In this document: in pieces, positions 30,487-39,781 of the stretch
How positions within the stretch are numbered: position 1 is the stretch's first letter
Layout: each line of letters begins with the position of its first letter
Origin: Desulfobacteraceae bacterium UBA2174
GTDB taxonomy: Bacteria; Desulfobacterota; Desulfobacteria; Desulfobacterales; UBA2174
Reading direction: 5' to 3'
DNA length: 64,000 bases
NCBI GenBank assembly: GCA_002327445.1
Contig: DCWA01000006.1
Span: forward strand, 29,662-93,661
The notes under the pieces: generated by a model
Told to the model about the DNA's origin: nothing
What the model saw: only the letters and a program-made list of their open reading frames with translations
The model's database searches: none
Program-made: the position numbers and the translations under genes

Positions 30487-33239
30487 GGAATGGGTTCGAT
30501 CTCCTTGGGCCGGAAGGCGGATGGCGTTCCGGTGATGTCGGCACGTCGGCCTTCGGGGTCGCCGGCGGCCGCCTCAAGCCCCAGTTCGGCAGCCAGGGCC
30601 AGTTCGTCTTCGCGGCTGGCGAGCTGCCCGTTGCGCTTGGCGTCGCGCACCGCGTCCAGGATTTTGCCATACAGGGGACCCGGCGGAATGCCGAGCCGCT
30701 TGAGATCCGCGCCGCCGATAGCCGGTCGGACGAAACGCAGTTTGGTCACGTACAGGGAAATGGCCCGCTTGACTTCGGTTCGTCCCGCGAGCGCCATCAT
30801 GAACAGGATCTGCTCGGTGTCCAGCCCCTCCAGGGCCTGGCAGAGGGCCGCCGGCGTCTCCGGCAAATGGCGTTCGAGGCGGTGGAGCAGCCGTTGGGCC
30901 ACAAACCGCTCCGGGCCGAAGAGCCGCTGCAACCGCGGCGGCAGGTCGAATCGTCGGCAGATCGTTCCGGTGGTCTCACTGTCGAAGGGGCAAACCAGGG
31001 CCATGAAGTAAACGGCCCACTTCATATAAGATTCATCCAAAAATAGCAAATCGTGCCACGTTTCCACCTGCTTGACGTTTTCAAAGGCCGATTCCAGTTC
31101 GGCAGTGAGGGACAACTGGGGGTGAATGACCTTGAGCAGCTCGAAGTCGTTGAGCCGCCTGATCAGAGCCAGGGGGTTCTCTTCCGCCAGCAGGAGACGC
31201 AGTTCCGTGAAGACCCGCCGTCCGTCGAGGCGTTTGACGAAATCCATCCGGGCGGCATTTTCGATCAGGCCGGCGGTGAGCCGGCCGATGGTGAAGCCGA
31301 ATCGCTGCTCGAAGCGGATGGCGCGGAAGACCCGGGTCGGGTCTTCCACGAAGCTGAGATTGTGCAGCACCCGGATCGTTTTTTCCTTGATGTCTTTCAT
31401 CGCCGAGAAGAAGTCGACCAGTGTGCCGAAACGGGCCATGTTGAGCTGGATGGCCAGGGTGTTGATGGTGAAATCCCGGCGGAACAGATCCATTTTGATG
31501 CTGCTCATCTCCACTGTTGGCAGCGCCGCGGGGAATTTATAGTACTCCATGCGCGCCGAGGCTACGTCCAGTTTGAAACCGTCGGGCAGAACCACCACCG
31601 CGGTGCCGAATTTCTCGTGGCTATGAAGGCGGCCGCCCATGATCTGCGCCAGGCGGCGGGCGAATGCGATCCCGTCCCCCTCGATGACGATGTCCACGTC
31701 CTCGTTGGGGCGGTGGAGGACCAGGTCCCGGACGAAGCCGCCCACCACGCAGGCGCTGCAGTCGATTTCATCCGCTACCGTTCCAACGGTCTGGAGAATG
31801 CGCATCAACCGGTCCGGCAGGCGTTCGCGCATGAACTTGGCGATGTTGCGGGTGCGCGCGCCAAAGGCGCCGTCCAGCCCGCCCCCGTCCTCGGCAGTTT
31901 CGACGCCGGGCGCGCGGACCAGGAGGTTGAGCAGATCGGTGCGCGTCACCACGCCCACCACCTGCCGGTCGTCGCAGACCGGCAGGATGCGCTGCTTGTG
32001 CCCGATGATCTTGTCCTGGATCTCCTTCATGTCAGCCGAAGGACCGACGGAGACGACATCCCGGCTCATGTATTCGCGCACCGCCACGCTTTCCAGGCCG
32101 TGGTAAAGGGCCTTTTCCACCACCTGGCGCGTGATGAAGCCCACCAATGGGGAGTCGGCGGCCCCGCTTTCCGTCACGGCCAAGGCGTTGATGTTATAGC
32201 GCCGCAGCAGGGTCTGGGCGTCGGCACAGGTGGCGTCGGCGGCCACGATGATCGGCGGGCTGGACATCAGGTCTCGCGCCAGGCGGTTGGACCGGATGAC
32301 GCTGGCGAGCCTCTGGCGCAAGTGCTGTTCCACCTGGGTGAGGGTCAGCCCCCGGATGGTGGCCGAAGCGGCCGAAGGGTGGCCGCCACCGCCCAATTCG
32401 TCCAGGATGGCGTCCACGTCCACCTCCGGCACCCGGCTGCGGCCGATGACATACACCTTGTTTTCCATCTGGGCGACGGTGAACAGCGCGTCGAGGTTTT
32501 CCATGCGCGCCAGTTTGTGTACCAGCAGGGCGAGGTCGGGGACGTATTTGTCCGTGGCGATGATCGTCAGGGCCACCTCGATGCCATTGATCCGGGAGCG
32601 CTGAAGGGACTGGATCATGTCGTTGAGCAGCCCCACCTGCTCCGGGCTGATTTCCCGCGAGATCAGTTGGGCCACGGTATTGAGGTTGGCGCCCTGGCTC
32701 AGCAAGTAGGCGGCGGCGTGGAAGTCTTCCTCGGTGGTGGAAGTGAAGGTGAAGGCTCCGGTGTCCTCGTAGATGCCCAGGCACATCACGGTGGCCTCGT
32801 CCGGCGTGATGGCGATGTTTCGGCGGCGCAGGATGGCGGTGAGCAGGGTCGCCGTGGAGCCCACCAGCCGGCACTCGCCACCCTGGCTGGTCACGTCGTC
32901 GGGCCGGGGGGGATGATGGTCGTAGACATGCACCTCGATGCCCGGCTTGTCCAGCAGGGCCGCCAGCTTGCCGATGCGTCCGGCCTGGCGGGTGTCCACG
33001 AGCACCAGGCGTTTGACCGCCGCAAAATCCAGGTCCCGGATGTCCACCATGTTGAACAGGTAGACCATGGCGCTGACGAAGAAGTTGCGCAGGGTCTTTT
33101 CCCGGGACCCCGGATAGACCACCAGGGCGCCGGGGTAGAGCTTCTGGGCCGCCAGCATCGAAGCCATGGCATCGAAATCGGCGTTGACGTGGCTGGTGAT
33201 CACCGTCAGTCCATCGGCGGTGGTCGGGGTGGCGTCCAT
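30483..33239 (-). CDS. DHH-CBS-tRNA nucleotidyltransferase (A-adding type)
   Basis: [25 protein letters not shown] pair, [29 protein letters not shown]. Confidence 0.9.
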   Translation of the reverse strand: MDATPTTADGLTVITSHVNADFDAMASMLAAQKLYPGALVVYPGSREKTLRNFFVSAMVYLFNMVDIRDLDFAAVKRLVLVDTRQAGRIGKLAALLDKPGIEVHVYDHHPPRPDDVTSQGGECRLVGSTATLLTAILRRRNIAITPDEATVMCLGIYEDTGAFTFTSTTEEDFHAAAYLLSQGANLNTVAQLISREISPEQVGLLNDMIQSLQRSRINGIEVALTIIATDKYVPDLALLVHKLARMENLDALFTVAQMENKVYVIGRSRVPEVDVDAILDELGGGGHPSAASATIRGLTLTQVEQHLRQRLASVIRSNRLARDLMSSPPIIVAADATCADAQTLLRRYNINALAVTESGAADSPLVGFITRQVVEKALYHGLESVAVREYMSRDVVSVGPSADMKEIQDKIIGHKQRILPVCDDRQVVGVVTRTDLLNLLVRAPGVETAEDGGGLDGAFGARTRNIAKFMRERLPDRLMRILQTVGTVADEIDCSACVVGGFVRDLVLHRPNEDVDIVIEGDGIAFARRLAQIMGGRLHSHEKFGTAVVVLPDGFKLDVASARMEYYKFPAALPTVEMSSIKMDLFRRDFTINTLAIQLNMARFGTLVDFFSAMKDIKEKTIRVLHNLSFVEDPTRVFRAIRFEQRFGFTIGRLTAGLIENAARMDFVKRLDGRRVFTELRLLLAEENPLALIRRLNDFELLKVIHPQLSLTAELESAFENVKQVETWHDLLFLDESYMKWAVYFMALVCPFDSETTGTICRRFDLPPRLQRLFGPERFVAQRLLHRLERHLPETPAALCQALEGLDTEQILFMMALAGRTEVKRAISLYVTKLRFVRPAIGGADLKRLGIPPGPLYGKILDAVRDAKRNGQLASREDELALAAELGLEAAAGDPEGRRADITGTPSAFRPKEIEPIP

Positions 33240-33358
33240 GTGCACGGCAGGTGGATCCTTTCGCTTGCGGGGCGGTTTCCGGAGTTGTCGATAGATAGGC
33301 ACAAGTGCGCCGCCGGATCAAGCGCCAGGCTCGACGGATTCCTCGTCCCCGCGCCCGG

Positions 33359-33490
33359 GATTGGAGATTTGAAATTTATTTTTGCAGGGTCCTTCGGGTC
33401 CCTTTTGTCCCTTGGGTTCTTTCCCATCTCCAATCTGGAATCTGAAATCTCGAACCTTGAATCTCGAATCTTGAACCTCGAACTTCGAAC
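33359..33490. repeat. Heptamer/nonamer tandem-repeat palindromic element
   Basis: GATTGGAGAT...ATCTCCAATC inverted repeat; about nine TYGAAYC-like heptamers; GGGTCC(T/C)TT nonamers between. Confidence 0.7.
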
Positions 33491-33588
33491 GGCGCCGCAG
33501 GCCTCCCGAACGCCCATTGCCTGGACAAGCGCTCGAAAAGATTGTAGTCTGCCCCCACTGCGCTGCTCAACGGGGAGGTCGATGGATC

Positions 33589-34800
33589 ATGCCGGTTTTT
33601 ATCTGGGAAGGCAAAAACCGCAAGAACGAGACGCTCAAGGGAGAGTTGGAAGCCGCCGGCGAAGATGCGGTGCGGGCCCATCTGGCGCGGATGAAGCTCG
33701 TACCGGTCAAGATCAAGAAAAAGCCGAAAGACCTGCTCGAAAACGTCTCCTGGGCCCAACCCGGGGTGAAGCAGGCGGATATCATTCTCTTCTGTCGGCA
33801 ATTTTCCACCATGCTCGACGCCGGTCTGCCCATCATCCAGTGCCTCGACATCCTGCAGCAGCAGCAGGAAAACAAGCGGTTCAAGAAGATCCTGAAGGAC
33901 GTGAAGGATTCGGTCGAAGGGGGGCAAACCTTCGCCGAAGCATTGAAAAAATACCCTGAACAATTCGACGATCTCTTTGTCAATATGGTGGCCGCCGGCG
34001 AGGCCAGCGGGGTCCTGGATACCATCCTGAAGCGGCTGTCGAGCTACCTGGAAAAATCGGCCAAGCTCCGGAAGCGCATCAAGGGGGCCATGGTTTATCC
34101 GGCGATTACCCTTGTGGTGGCCGTCATCGTCGTGGCGGTGATCCTGGTCTTCGTGATTCCGGTCTTCGAGCAGATGTTTTCGGATTTCGGCGGACAGTTG
34201 CCCGCCCCCACCCAGATCGTGGTGGATCTGAGCCGGATGGTCCGGGCCAAGATCCTTTATATCATCGGCGCGGTCGCCATCGCCGTCTACGCCCTGCGGC
34301 GGGTGCGCAAGACGGAAAAGGGCCGGGCCGTCATTGACCGGTACCTGCTGACCCTTCCCGTGTTCGGCCCCCTCCTGCGGCGGGTGGCGGTGGCCAAATT
34401 TTCCCGCACCATGGGGACGATGCTCACCTCGGGGGTATCCATCCTCGACGCCCTGGATATCGTGGCCAAGACCAGCGGCAACAAGACGGTGGAGGCGGCG
34501 ATCTACCGGGTGCGCCAGGGGATCGCCGAAGGGCGCACCATGAGCGAGCCGCTGGTGGAAAGCGGTGTCTTCCCGGCCATGGTCTGCCAGATGATCGCCG
34601 TGGGCGAATCCACCGGCGCCCTCGACGCGATGCTGATCCGGATCGCCGATTTTTACGACGAGGAAGTCGACCAGGCCGTGGAAAACCTTACCGCCGCCAT
34701 CGAGCCGGTGATGATGGTTTTCATGGGAGTGGTCATCGGCGGCCTGGTGGTCTCGATGTACCTGCCGATTTTCAAGATGGCCGGCGCCATTACCGGCTGA
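33589..34800 (+). CDS. pilC: Type IV pilus platform protein PilC
   Basis: RQFSTMLDAGLP, AGEASGVLD, GAMVYP, GESTGALD, MYLPIF. Confidence 0.95.
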   Translation: MPVFIWEGKNRKNETLKGELEAAGEDAVRAHLARMKLVPVKIKKKPKDLLENVSWAQPGVKQADIILFCRQFSTMLDAGLPIIQCLDILQQQQENKRFKKILKDVKDSVEGGQTFAEALKKYPEQFDDLFVNMVAAGEASGVLDTILKRLSSYLEKSAKLRKRIKGAMVYPAITLVVAVIVVAVILVFVIPVFEQMFSDFGGQLPAPTQIVVDLSRMVRAKILYIIGAVAIAVYALRRVRKTEKGRAVIDRYLLTLPVFGPLLRRVAVAKFSRTMGTMLTSGVSILDALDIVAKTSGNKTVEAAIYRVRQGIAEGRTMSEPLVESGVFPAMVCQMIAVGESTGALDAMLIRIADFYDEEVDQAVENLTAAIEPVMMVFMGVVIGGLVVSMYLPIFKMAGAITG

Positions 34801-34828
34801 AGCCGCTGTCCAAACGCTGGACCCATCC

Positions 34829-36148
34829 ATGCCATCGCACTTTTCGGACTCCCACGAGGAAATACGCAAACGCCTGAGACTGCTGATGTTGTTCCGGGCC
34901 CTGTTTGCCACCATCCTGCTCGGCGCGGCCACCGTCCTTCACTCCGGCGAGGGTGTCGCCGCCCCGGCCGCCGTCCCCGCTCCCGCCTCGGTCATCTACG
35001 GATTGATTGCGTTGATTTTCCTCCTCACCGGAGCCTATGCCGTCGCCATGCCCCGGATCGGCGCCCTGCAGCGGTTCGCCGCCGTGCAGATCGGCATCGA
35101 CACCCTGGTCGTCACGTCGGTGATTCTGGTGACGGGAAGCGCGGTGAGCGTCTTCTCCTTCTTGTATCTGCTGGTGATCATCTGCTCGAGCACCTTTCTG
35201 GAGCGCGGCGGCAGCATGGTCATTGCCGGGGTGTGCAGCCTGGAGTACGCCGTGCTGCTGCACCTGGAGTACTACGGGCTGCTGCCGGCATGGATGGCCG
35301 AATCCGGGGTCGGCGGTTTGGTTCACCCGTGGCGTGAAGTCCTTTTCAAGGCCCTCACCACGGCGGTGGGATGTTTCGCGGTAGCCTTTCTCAGCGACAT
35401 GCTCGCCGAACAGGTGAGGAAGGGCCGCCGCACGATCAAGGCGATGGAGGATCGGGTGCGGCGGGTGGAGAAGCTCGCCTCCATGGGAGAAATGGCCGCC
35501 GGCATGGCCCATGAGTTGAAGAATCCGCTGGCGGCCTTGGCCGGTTCGATCCAAATGCTCGCCGAGGAGCGCAACGGCACTCCGGCCTACGACCGCCTCC
35601 TGCAGATCGCTCTGCGCGAGACGGGCCGGCTCAACGACTTGCTGACCAATTTTCTCATGTTCGCCCGGCCTCCCACCGGCAAGCGGCAGCCGATGCGGCT
35701 CGACCGGGCCGTCGGGGAGATCGTGTCGCTCTTCGAACGCGACAGCGCCCGGGCCGGCCATATCCGCCTTGTGCGCCGGATGGCGCCCGATGTCTGGGTG
35801 GCCATGGATGCGGTGCATTTGAAGCAGGTCCTGTGGAACCTGCTGCTCAACGCCGCCCAGGCCATCGAGGGGCCGGGAGAGATCGGGGTGGAGGTGTCTT
35901 CCAATCGCAACGGCACCGCCCAGATCCGGGTTCGCGATACCGGATGCGGGATTTCCGAAGAGTTGAAGGCCAGTATCTTCGACCCCTTCTTCACCACCAA
36001 GGCCGACGGCACCGGCCTGGGGTTGTCCCTGGTGCATCGCATCCTGGAGTCCTGCGACGGTTGGCTCACCGTGGACAGCGTGCCTGGCCGCGGTTCGGTG
36101 TTCACCGTCTCCCTCAAACAGATCCAGGCGCCCGGGAGCCAGACTTGA
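34829..36148 (+). CDS. pilS: PilS-like membrane sensor histidine kinase
   Basis: About 6 TM N-terminus; AHELKNPL, NLLLNA, DTGCG, FFTTK..GTGLGL; follows pilC. Confidence 0.75.
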   Translation: MPSHFSDSHEEIRKRLRLLMLFRALFATILLGAATVLHSGEGVAAPAAVPAPASVIYGLIALIFLLTGAYAVAMPRIGALQRFAAVQIGIDTLVVTSVILVTGSAVSVFSFLYLLVIICSSTFLERGGSMVIAGVCSLEYAVLLHLEYYGLLPAWMAESGVGGLVHPWREVLFKALTTAVGCFAVAFLSDMLAEQVRKGRRTIKAMEDRVRRVEKLASMGEMAAGMAHELKNPLAALAGSIQMLAEERNGTPAYDRLLQIALRETGRLNDLLTNFLMFARPPTGKRQPMRLDRAVGEIVSLFERDSARAGHIRLVRRMAPDVWVAMDAVHLKQVLWNLLLNAAQAIEGPGEIGVEVSSNRNGTAQIRVRDTGCGISEELKASIFDPFFTTKADGTGLGLSLVHRILESCDGWLTVDSVPGRGSVFTVSLKQIQAPGSQT

Positions 36149-36194
36149 GGTTGGGCCGTTGTCATTTGAAATTTCCCTTTTGGGGTCGGCCAAG

Positions 36195-36223
36195 TTGACA
36201 GTGGAGGCCAAATAGGATAGCAA
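36195..36223 (+). promoter_or_regulatory. Putative sigma70 promoter of lysS-envelope operon
   Basis: TTGACA-17 nt-TAGCAA in AT-rich spacer. Confidence 0.45.
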
Positions 36224-36279
36224 TCGGTGCCTGATGTTTGGTTGAAAGTTATATAACCAATTGGAAATATAGCGAATTT

Positions 36280-37764
36280 ATGATGTCCAAGCCCAACCTC
36301 GATTCATCGGATGTCCGCCGGAGCAAGGTGGAGAGCCTGCGTACAGCGGGGATCAATCCTTTTCCCAATGCGTTCAAGCCCACTCACGATGTCGCCGATC
36401 TGCGCGCTGCCATCGCCGCGGCCCCGGAGACCTTGGGCGAGGAGGAGCCGGTCTTCACCGTTGCCGGCCGCATCATGGCGATCAACCGCTTCGGCAAGGC
36501 CGCCTTCATCCGCTTGCGCGACCGCACCGGCCCGATCCAGGCTTACGTGCGCAAGGACCGCGTGGGCGAGGAAGCCTACGAGTTGTTCAAGCAGCTGGAC
36601 ATCGGCGACTTCGTCGGCATCTCCGGCGGGTTGTTCCAGACCCGCAGCGGCGAATGGACCGTCATGGCCCGCCGTTGCGAACTGGTGACCAAGACCATCC
36701 GGGCCCTGCCCGAAAAATTCCACGGGCTCAAGGACCCGGAGAAGCGCTACCGGCAGCGGTATCTGGACCTGATCATGAACGCCGAGGTGCGGGACCTGTT
36801 CCGGCGGCGGAGCATGATCATCCAGGAAATCCGGGATTTTCTGCTGCAGCGCGACTTCCTGGAAGTCGAAACCCCCATGATGCAACCCCTGCCGGGCGGA
36901 GCGGAGGCCACGCCCTTCGCCACTCATCACAACGCCCTGGACATGCCTTTATATCTGCGCATCGCTCCGGAACTCTACTTGAAGCGGCTGGTTGTGGGCG
37001 GATTCGAGCGGGTCTTCGAGATCAATCGCAATTTCCGCAACGAGGGAATTTCCACCCGGCACAACCCCGAATTCACGATGCTCGAGTTCTATCAGGCCTA
37101 TGCCAACTACCAGGACCTGATGACGCTCACCGAAACGATGTTCCGCCAGGTGGCCGAACGGGTGGTCGGCGCCGCCGCTTTCACCTATCAGGAGCAAACC
37201 ATCGACTTCACCGGGCCCTGGCGGCGCATCGGGCTTTACGACTCCCTGGAGGAAATCGCCGGCATCGACCACCGGGACCTGGAGGACCGGGACCGGCTCA
37301 TCGCCTTGGCGGACGAACGGGGCGTCAAGCTCACCCGCATCGGCCAGACGGCCAAGATCGTCACCAAGCTTTTCGACGCGCTGGTGGAACCCCATCTGAT
37401 CCAACCCACTTTCGTCACCGGATACCCGGTGGCGGTGTCCCCCCTGTCGCGGCGCAGCGACACCGCGCCGGAGTTGACCGAACGCTTTGAGCTGTTCATC
37501 GCCGGCTACGAGATCGCCAACGGCTTTTCGGAACTCAACGATCCGGAGGATCAGCAGCGGCGCTTTGCCCAACAGGTGGCGGAGCGGGAGGCCGGCGACG
37601 CCGAGGCCCACCCCATGGATCGGGACTACATCGAGGCGTTGGAATACGGGATGCCGCCCACGGCCGGCGAAGGGGTGGGCATCGATCGACTCGCCATGCT
37701 GCTCACCGATGCCGTCAGCATCCGCGAAGTGATCTTTTTTCCCCATCTCAAACCGCGGGAGTGA
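36280..37764 (+). CDS. lysS: Lysine--tRNA ligase (class II)
   Basis: RYRQRYLDL, LRIAPELYLKRL, FRNEG..HNPEF, YGMPPTAGEGVGIDRL. Confidence 0.97.
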   Translation: MMSKPNLDSSDVRRSKVESLRTAGINPFPNAFKPTHDVADLRAAIAAAPETLGEEEPVFTVAGRIMAINRFGKAAFIRLRDRTGPIQAYVRKDRVGEEAYELFKQLDIGDFVGISGGLFQTRSGEWTVMARRCELVTKTIRALPEKFHGLKDPEKRYRQRYLDLIMNAEVRDLFRRRSMIIQEIRDFLLQRDFLEVETPMMQPLPGGAEATPFATHHNALDMPLYLRIAPELYLKRLVVGGFERVFEINRNFRNEGISTRHNPEFTMLEFYQAYANYQDLMTLTETMFRQVAERVVGAAAFTYQEQTIDFTGPWRRIGLYDSLEEIAGIDHRDLEDRDRLIALADERGVKLTRIGQTAKIVTKLFDALVEPHLIQPTFVTGYPVAVSPLSRRSDTAPELTERFELFIAGYEIANGFSELNDPEDQQRRFAQQVAEREAGDAEAHPMDRDYIEALEYGMPPTAGEGVGIDRLAMLLTDAVSIREVIFFPHLKPRE

Positions 37765-37770
37765 CGGCGG

Positions 37771-39084
37771 ATGCCTGTCGACCCCTCGCCGTCCCGCTTG
37801 GCCGCGCCGTCGATGCAGGATGAGGGCCATGCCGGGTACCGTTTGCGGGTTGGTCCGCAGCGGGGCTTCGAGGGATTCGTCGCCCGGCGCCTGTTGCGGG
37901 TCGGCCGGCGGCAGGCGTTCATTTCCCTCATGAGCCTCCTCTCCATCACCGGGGTGGCGGTGGGCGTGATGGCTCTCGTGGTGGTAATCGCCGTCATGGC
38001 CGGATTCGAGGCGGATCTGAAGGAGCGGCTCCTCTCCCTCCAGGCTCATATCGACGTGGCACCTGAGGGGGCGGTCGCGGCCCCGCAAGAATTGCTGGCG
38101 CGCCTGGAGCTCGTCGAGGGGGTATCCGCCGCCGCGCCGGTCATCGAGAGCCAGGTGATGCTGCGCGGGGCCGGCGGCGCCGCCGGCGTGCTGCTGCGGG
38201 GCATCGATCCGCAGCGGACGGCCGCTGTGTTGGAAGGCCGGGTGGATTTCAGCGACCTGTCAGGGCCCTCGACCGGAGAGGGCGCATCCGGGGCGCCCCC
38301 GTTGCTGCTGGGGGCCGAGTTGGCCAGGCAGTTGGGAGTCCTGGTTGGAGACCGGGTCTATCTCGTTGCCCCGGGAGGCATGCTGTCGCCCATCGGTCAT
38401 GTCCCGGCGATGCGGCCTTTCCAGGTGGCGGGAATTTTCACCTCGGGCATGTACACCTACGACGGCGCCACGGCCTTCGCGACTCTGACCGACGCGCGCC
38501 AAGCCCTGCGCCTGGGGCGCCCGATCACGGGGATTCAGGTGCGGGTGGCGGACATCTACGCCGCCGACCGGGTGGCGGCGGCCATTACGGCTGCCTTGGG
38601 GCCCGGTTTCGTCGCGCGAAGCTGGATGACGGTCAATCGCAGTCTCTTTTCCGCCCTGCGGCTGGAACGGGTGGTGATGTTCCTCATCCTGGCGTTGATC
38701 GTCACGGTGGCGGCGATGAACATCGCCAGCGCACTGATCATGACGGTGGTGGAGAAAGCCAAGGACATCGCCATCCTCAAGGCCCTGGGGGCCACCGATC
38801 AGGCCATCGGCCGGATTTTCATCCGCAACGGACTGGCCATCGGCATCCTGGGCATTCTCATCGGTACCGGTGTCGGCCTGGGGCTCTGCTGGCTGCTGAG
38901 CCAGTACGATTGGATCCGGTTGCCCGGAGAGGTTTTTTACGTGACGCGCCTGCCGGTCCGGCTGGCCCCGGGCAACGTGGCGGCCATTGCCGCCGCTGCC
39001 CTGATCATCTGCCTGGGCGCCACGTTGTATCCGGCCCGCCAGGCCGCGCGGCTCAATCCCGTGGAGACGATCCGCCATGGCTGA
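37771..39084 (+). CDS. lolE: Lipoprotein-releasing ABC permease LolC/E (start approximate)
   Basis: FISLMSLLSITGVAVGVMALVVVIAVMAGFE, DIAILKALGA, YPARQAARLNPVE. Confidence 0.88.
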   Translation: MPVDPSPSRLAAPSMQDEGHAGYRLRVGPQRGFEGFVARRLLRVGRRQAFISLMSLLSITGVAVGVMALVVVIAVMAGFEADLKERLLSLQAHIDVAPEGAVAAPQELLARLELVEGVSAAAPVIESQVMLRGAGGAAGVLLRGIDPQRTAAVLEGRVDFSDLSGPSTGEGASGAPPLLLGAELARQLGVLVGDRVYLVAPGGMLSPIGHVPAMRPFQVAGIFTSGMYTYDGATAFATLTDARQALRLGRPITGIQVRVADIYAADRVAAAITAALGPGFVARSWMTVNRSLFSALRLERVVMFLILALIVTVAAMNIASALIMTVVEKAKDIAILKALGATDQAIGRIFIRNGLAIGILGILIGTGVGLGLCWLLSQYDWIRLPGEVFYVTRLPVRLAPGNVAAIAAAALIICLGATLYPARQAARLNPVETIRHG

Positions 39085-39781
39085 GACAGGGGCCACCGGG
39101 GGCGAGGCCCTCATCGAGGCTCGGGGGCTGGTCAAGCGATTCGTTACGGCCCGGTCCCGGATCACGATTCTCGACGGCGCCGACCTGTTCCTGGAGCCGG
39201 GGGAAACGTTGGCGGTGGTGGGCGCTTCGGGAATTGGCAAGTCCACCCTGTTGCATATCCTGGGGACCCTGGACCGCCCGGAGGACGGGCGCCTGCGCAT
39301 CGCCGGGCGGGCTGTGGAAGGGCTCAAGGCCGAAGCCTTGGCCCGTCTGCGCAACGAAAAGATCGGGTTCGTGTTCCAATTTCATCATTTGCTGCCGGAA
39401 TTCGACGCCCTGGAAAACGCGATGATGCCGTGCCTTATTTTCGGCATGCCGCGCCGGCAGGCCGAAACGGCGGCCGCGGACATCCTGGCCCGTGTCGGGC
39501 TGAGCCGGCGGCTGCGACACCGCGTGGTGGACCTTTCGGGGGGAGAACAACAGCGCGTGGCCCTGGCCAGAGCCCTGGTGATGCACCCGCCGCTGCTGTT
39601 GGCCGACGAACCCACCGGCAACCTTGACAAGCGAAACAGTCAACAGGTACATGAGCTGCTGGCCGAGCTGAACACCGACCTGGGAATGGCCATGGTGGTG
39701 GTGACTCACAATCCGGACCTGGCGGCCCTGATGGCCCGTCGTGCGACCCTGGTTGACGGCCGATTGGCGCCGGTGGAATGA
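39077..39781 (+). CDS. lolD: Lipoprotein-releasing ABC ATPase
   Basis: GASGIGKST, FVFQFHHLLPEF, LSGGEQQR, DEPTGNLD. Confidence 0.93.
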   Translation: MAETGATGGEALIEARGLVKRFVTARSRITILDGADLFLEPGETLAVVGASGIGKSTLLHILGTLDRPEDGRLRIAGRAVEGLKAEALARLRNEKIGFVFQFHHLLPEFDALENAMMPCLIFGMPRRQAETAAADILARVGLSRRLRHRVVDLSGGEQQRVALARALVMHPPLLLADEPTGNLDKRNSQQVHELLAELNTDLGMAMVVVTHNPDLAALMARRATLVDGRLAPVE

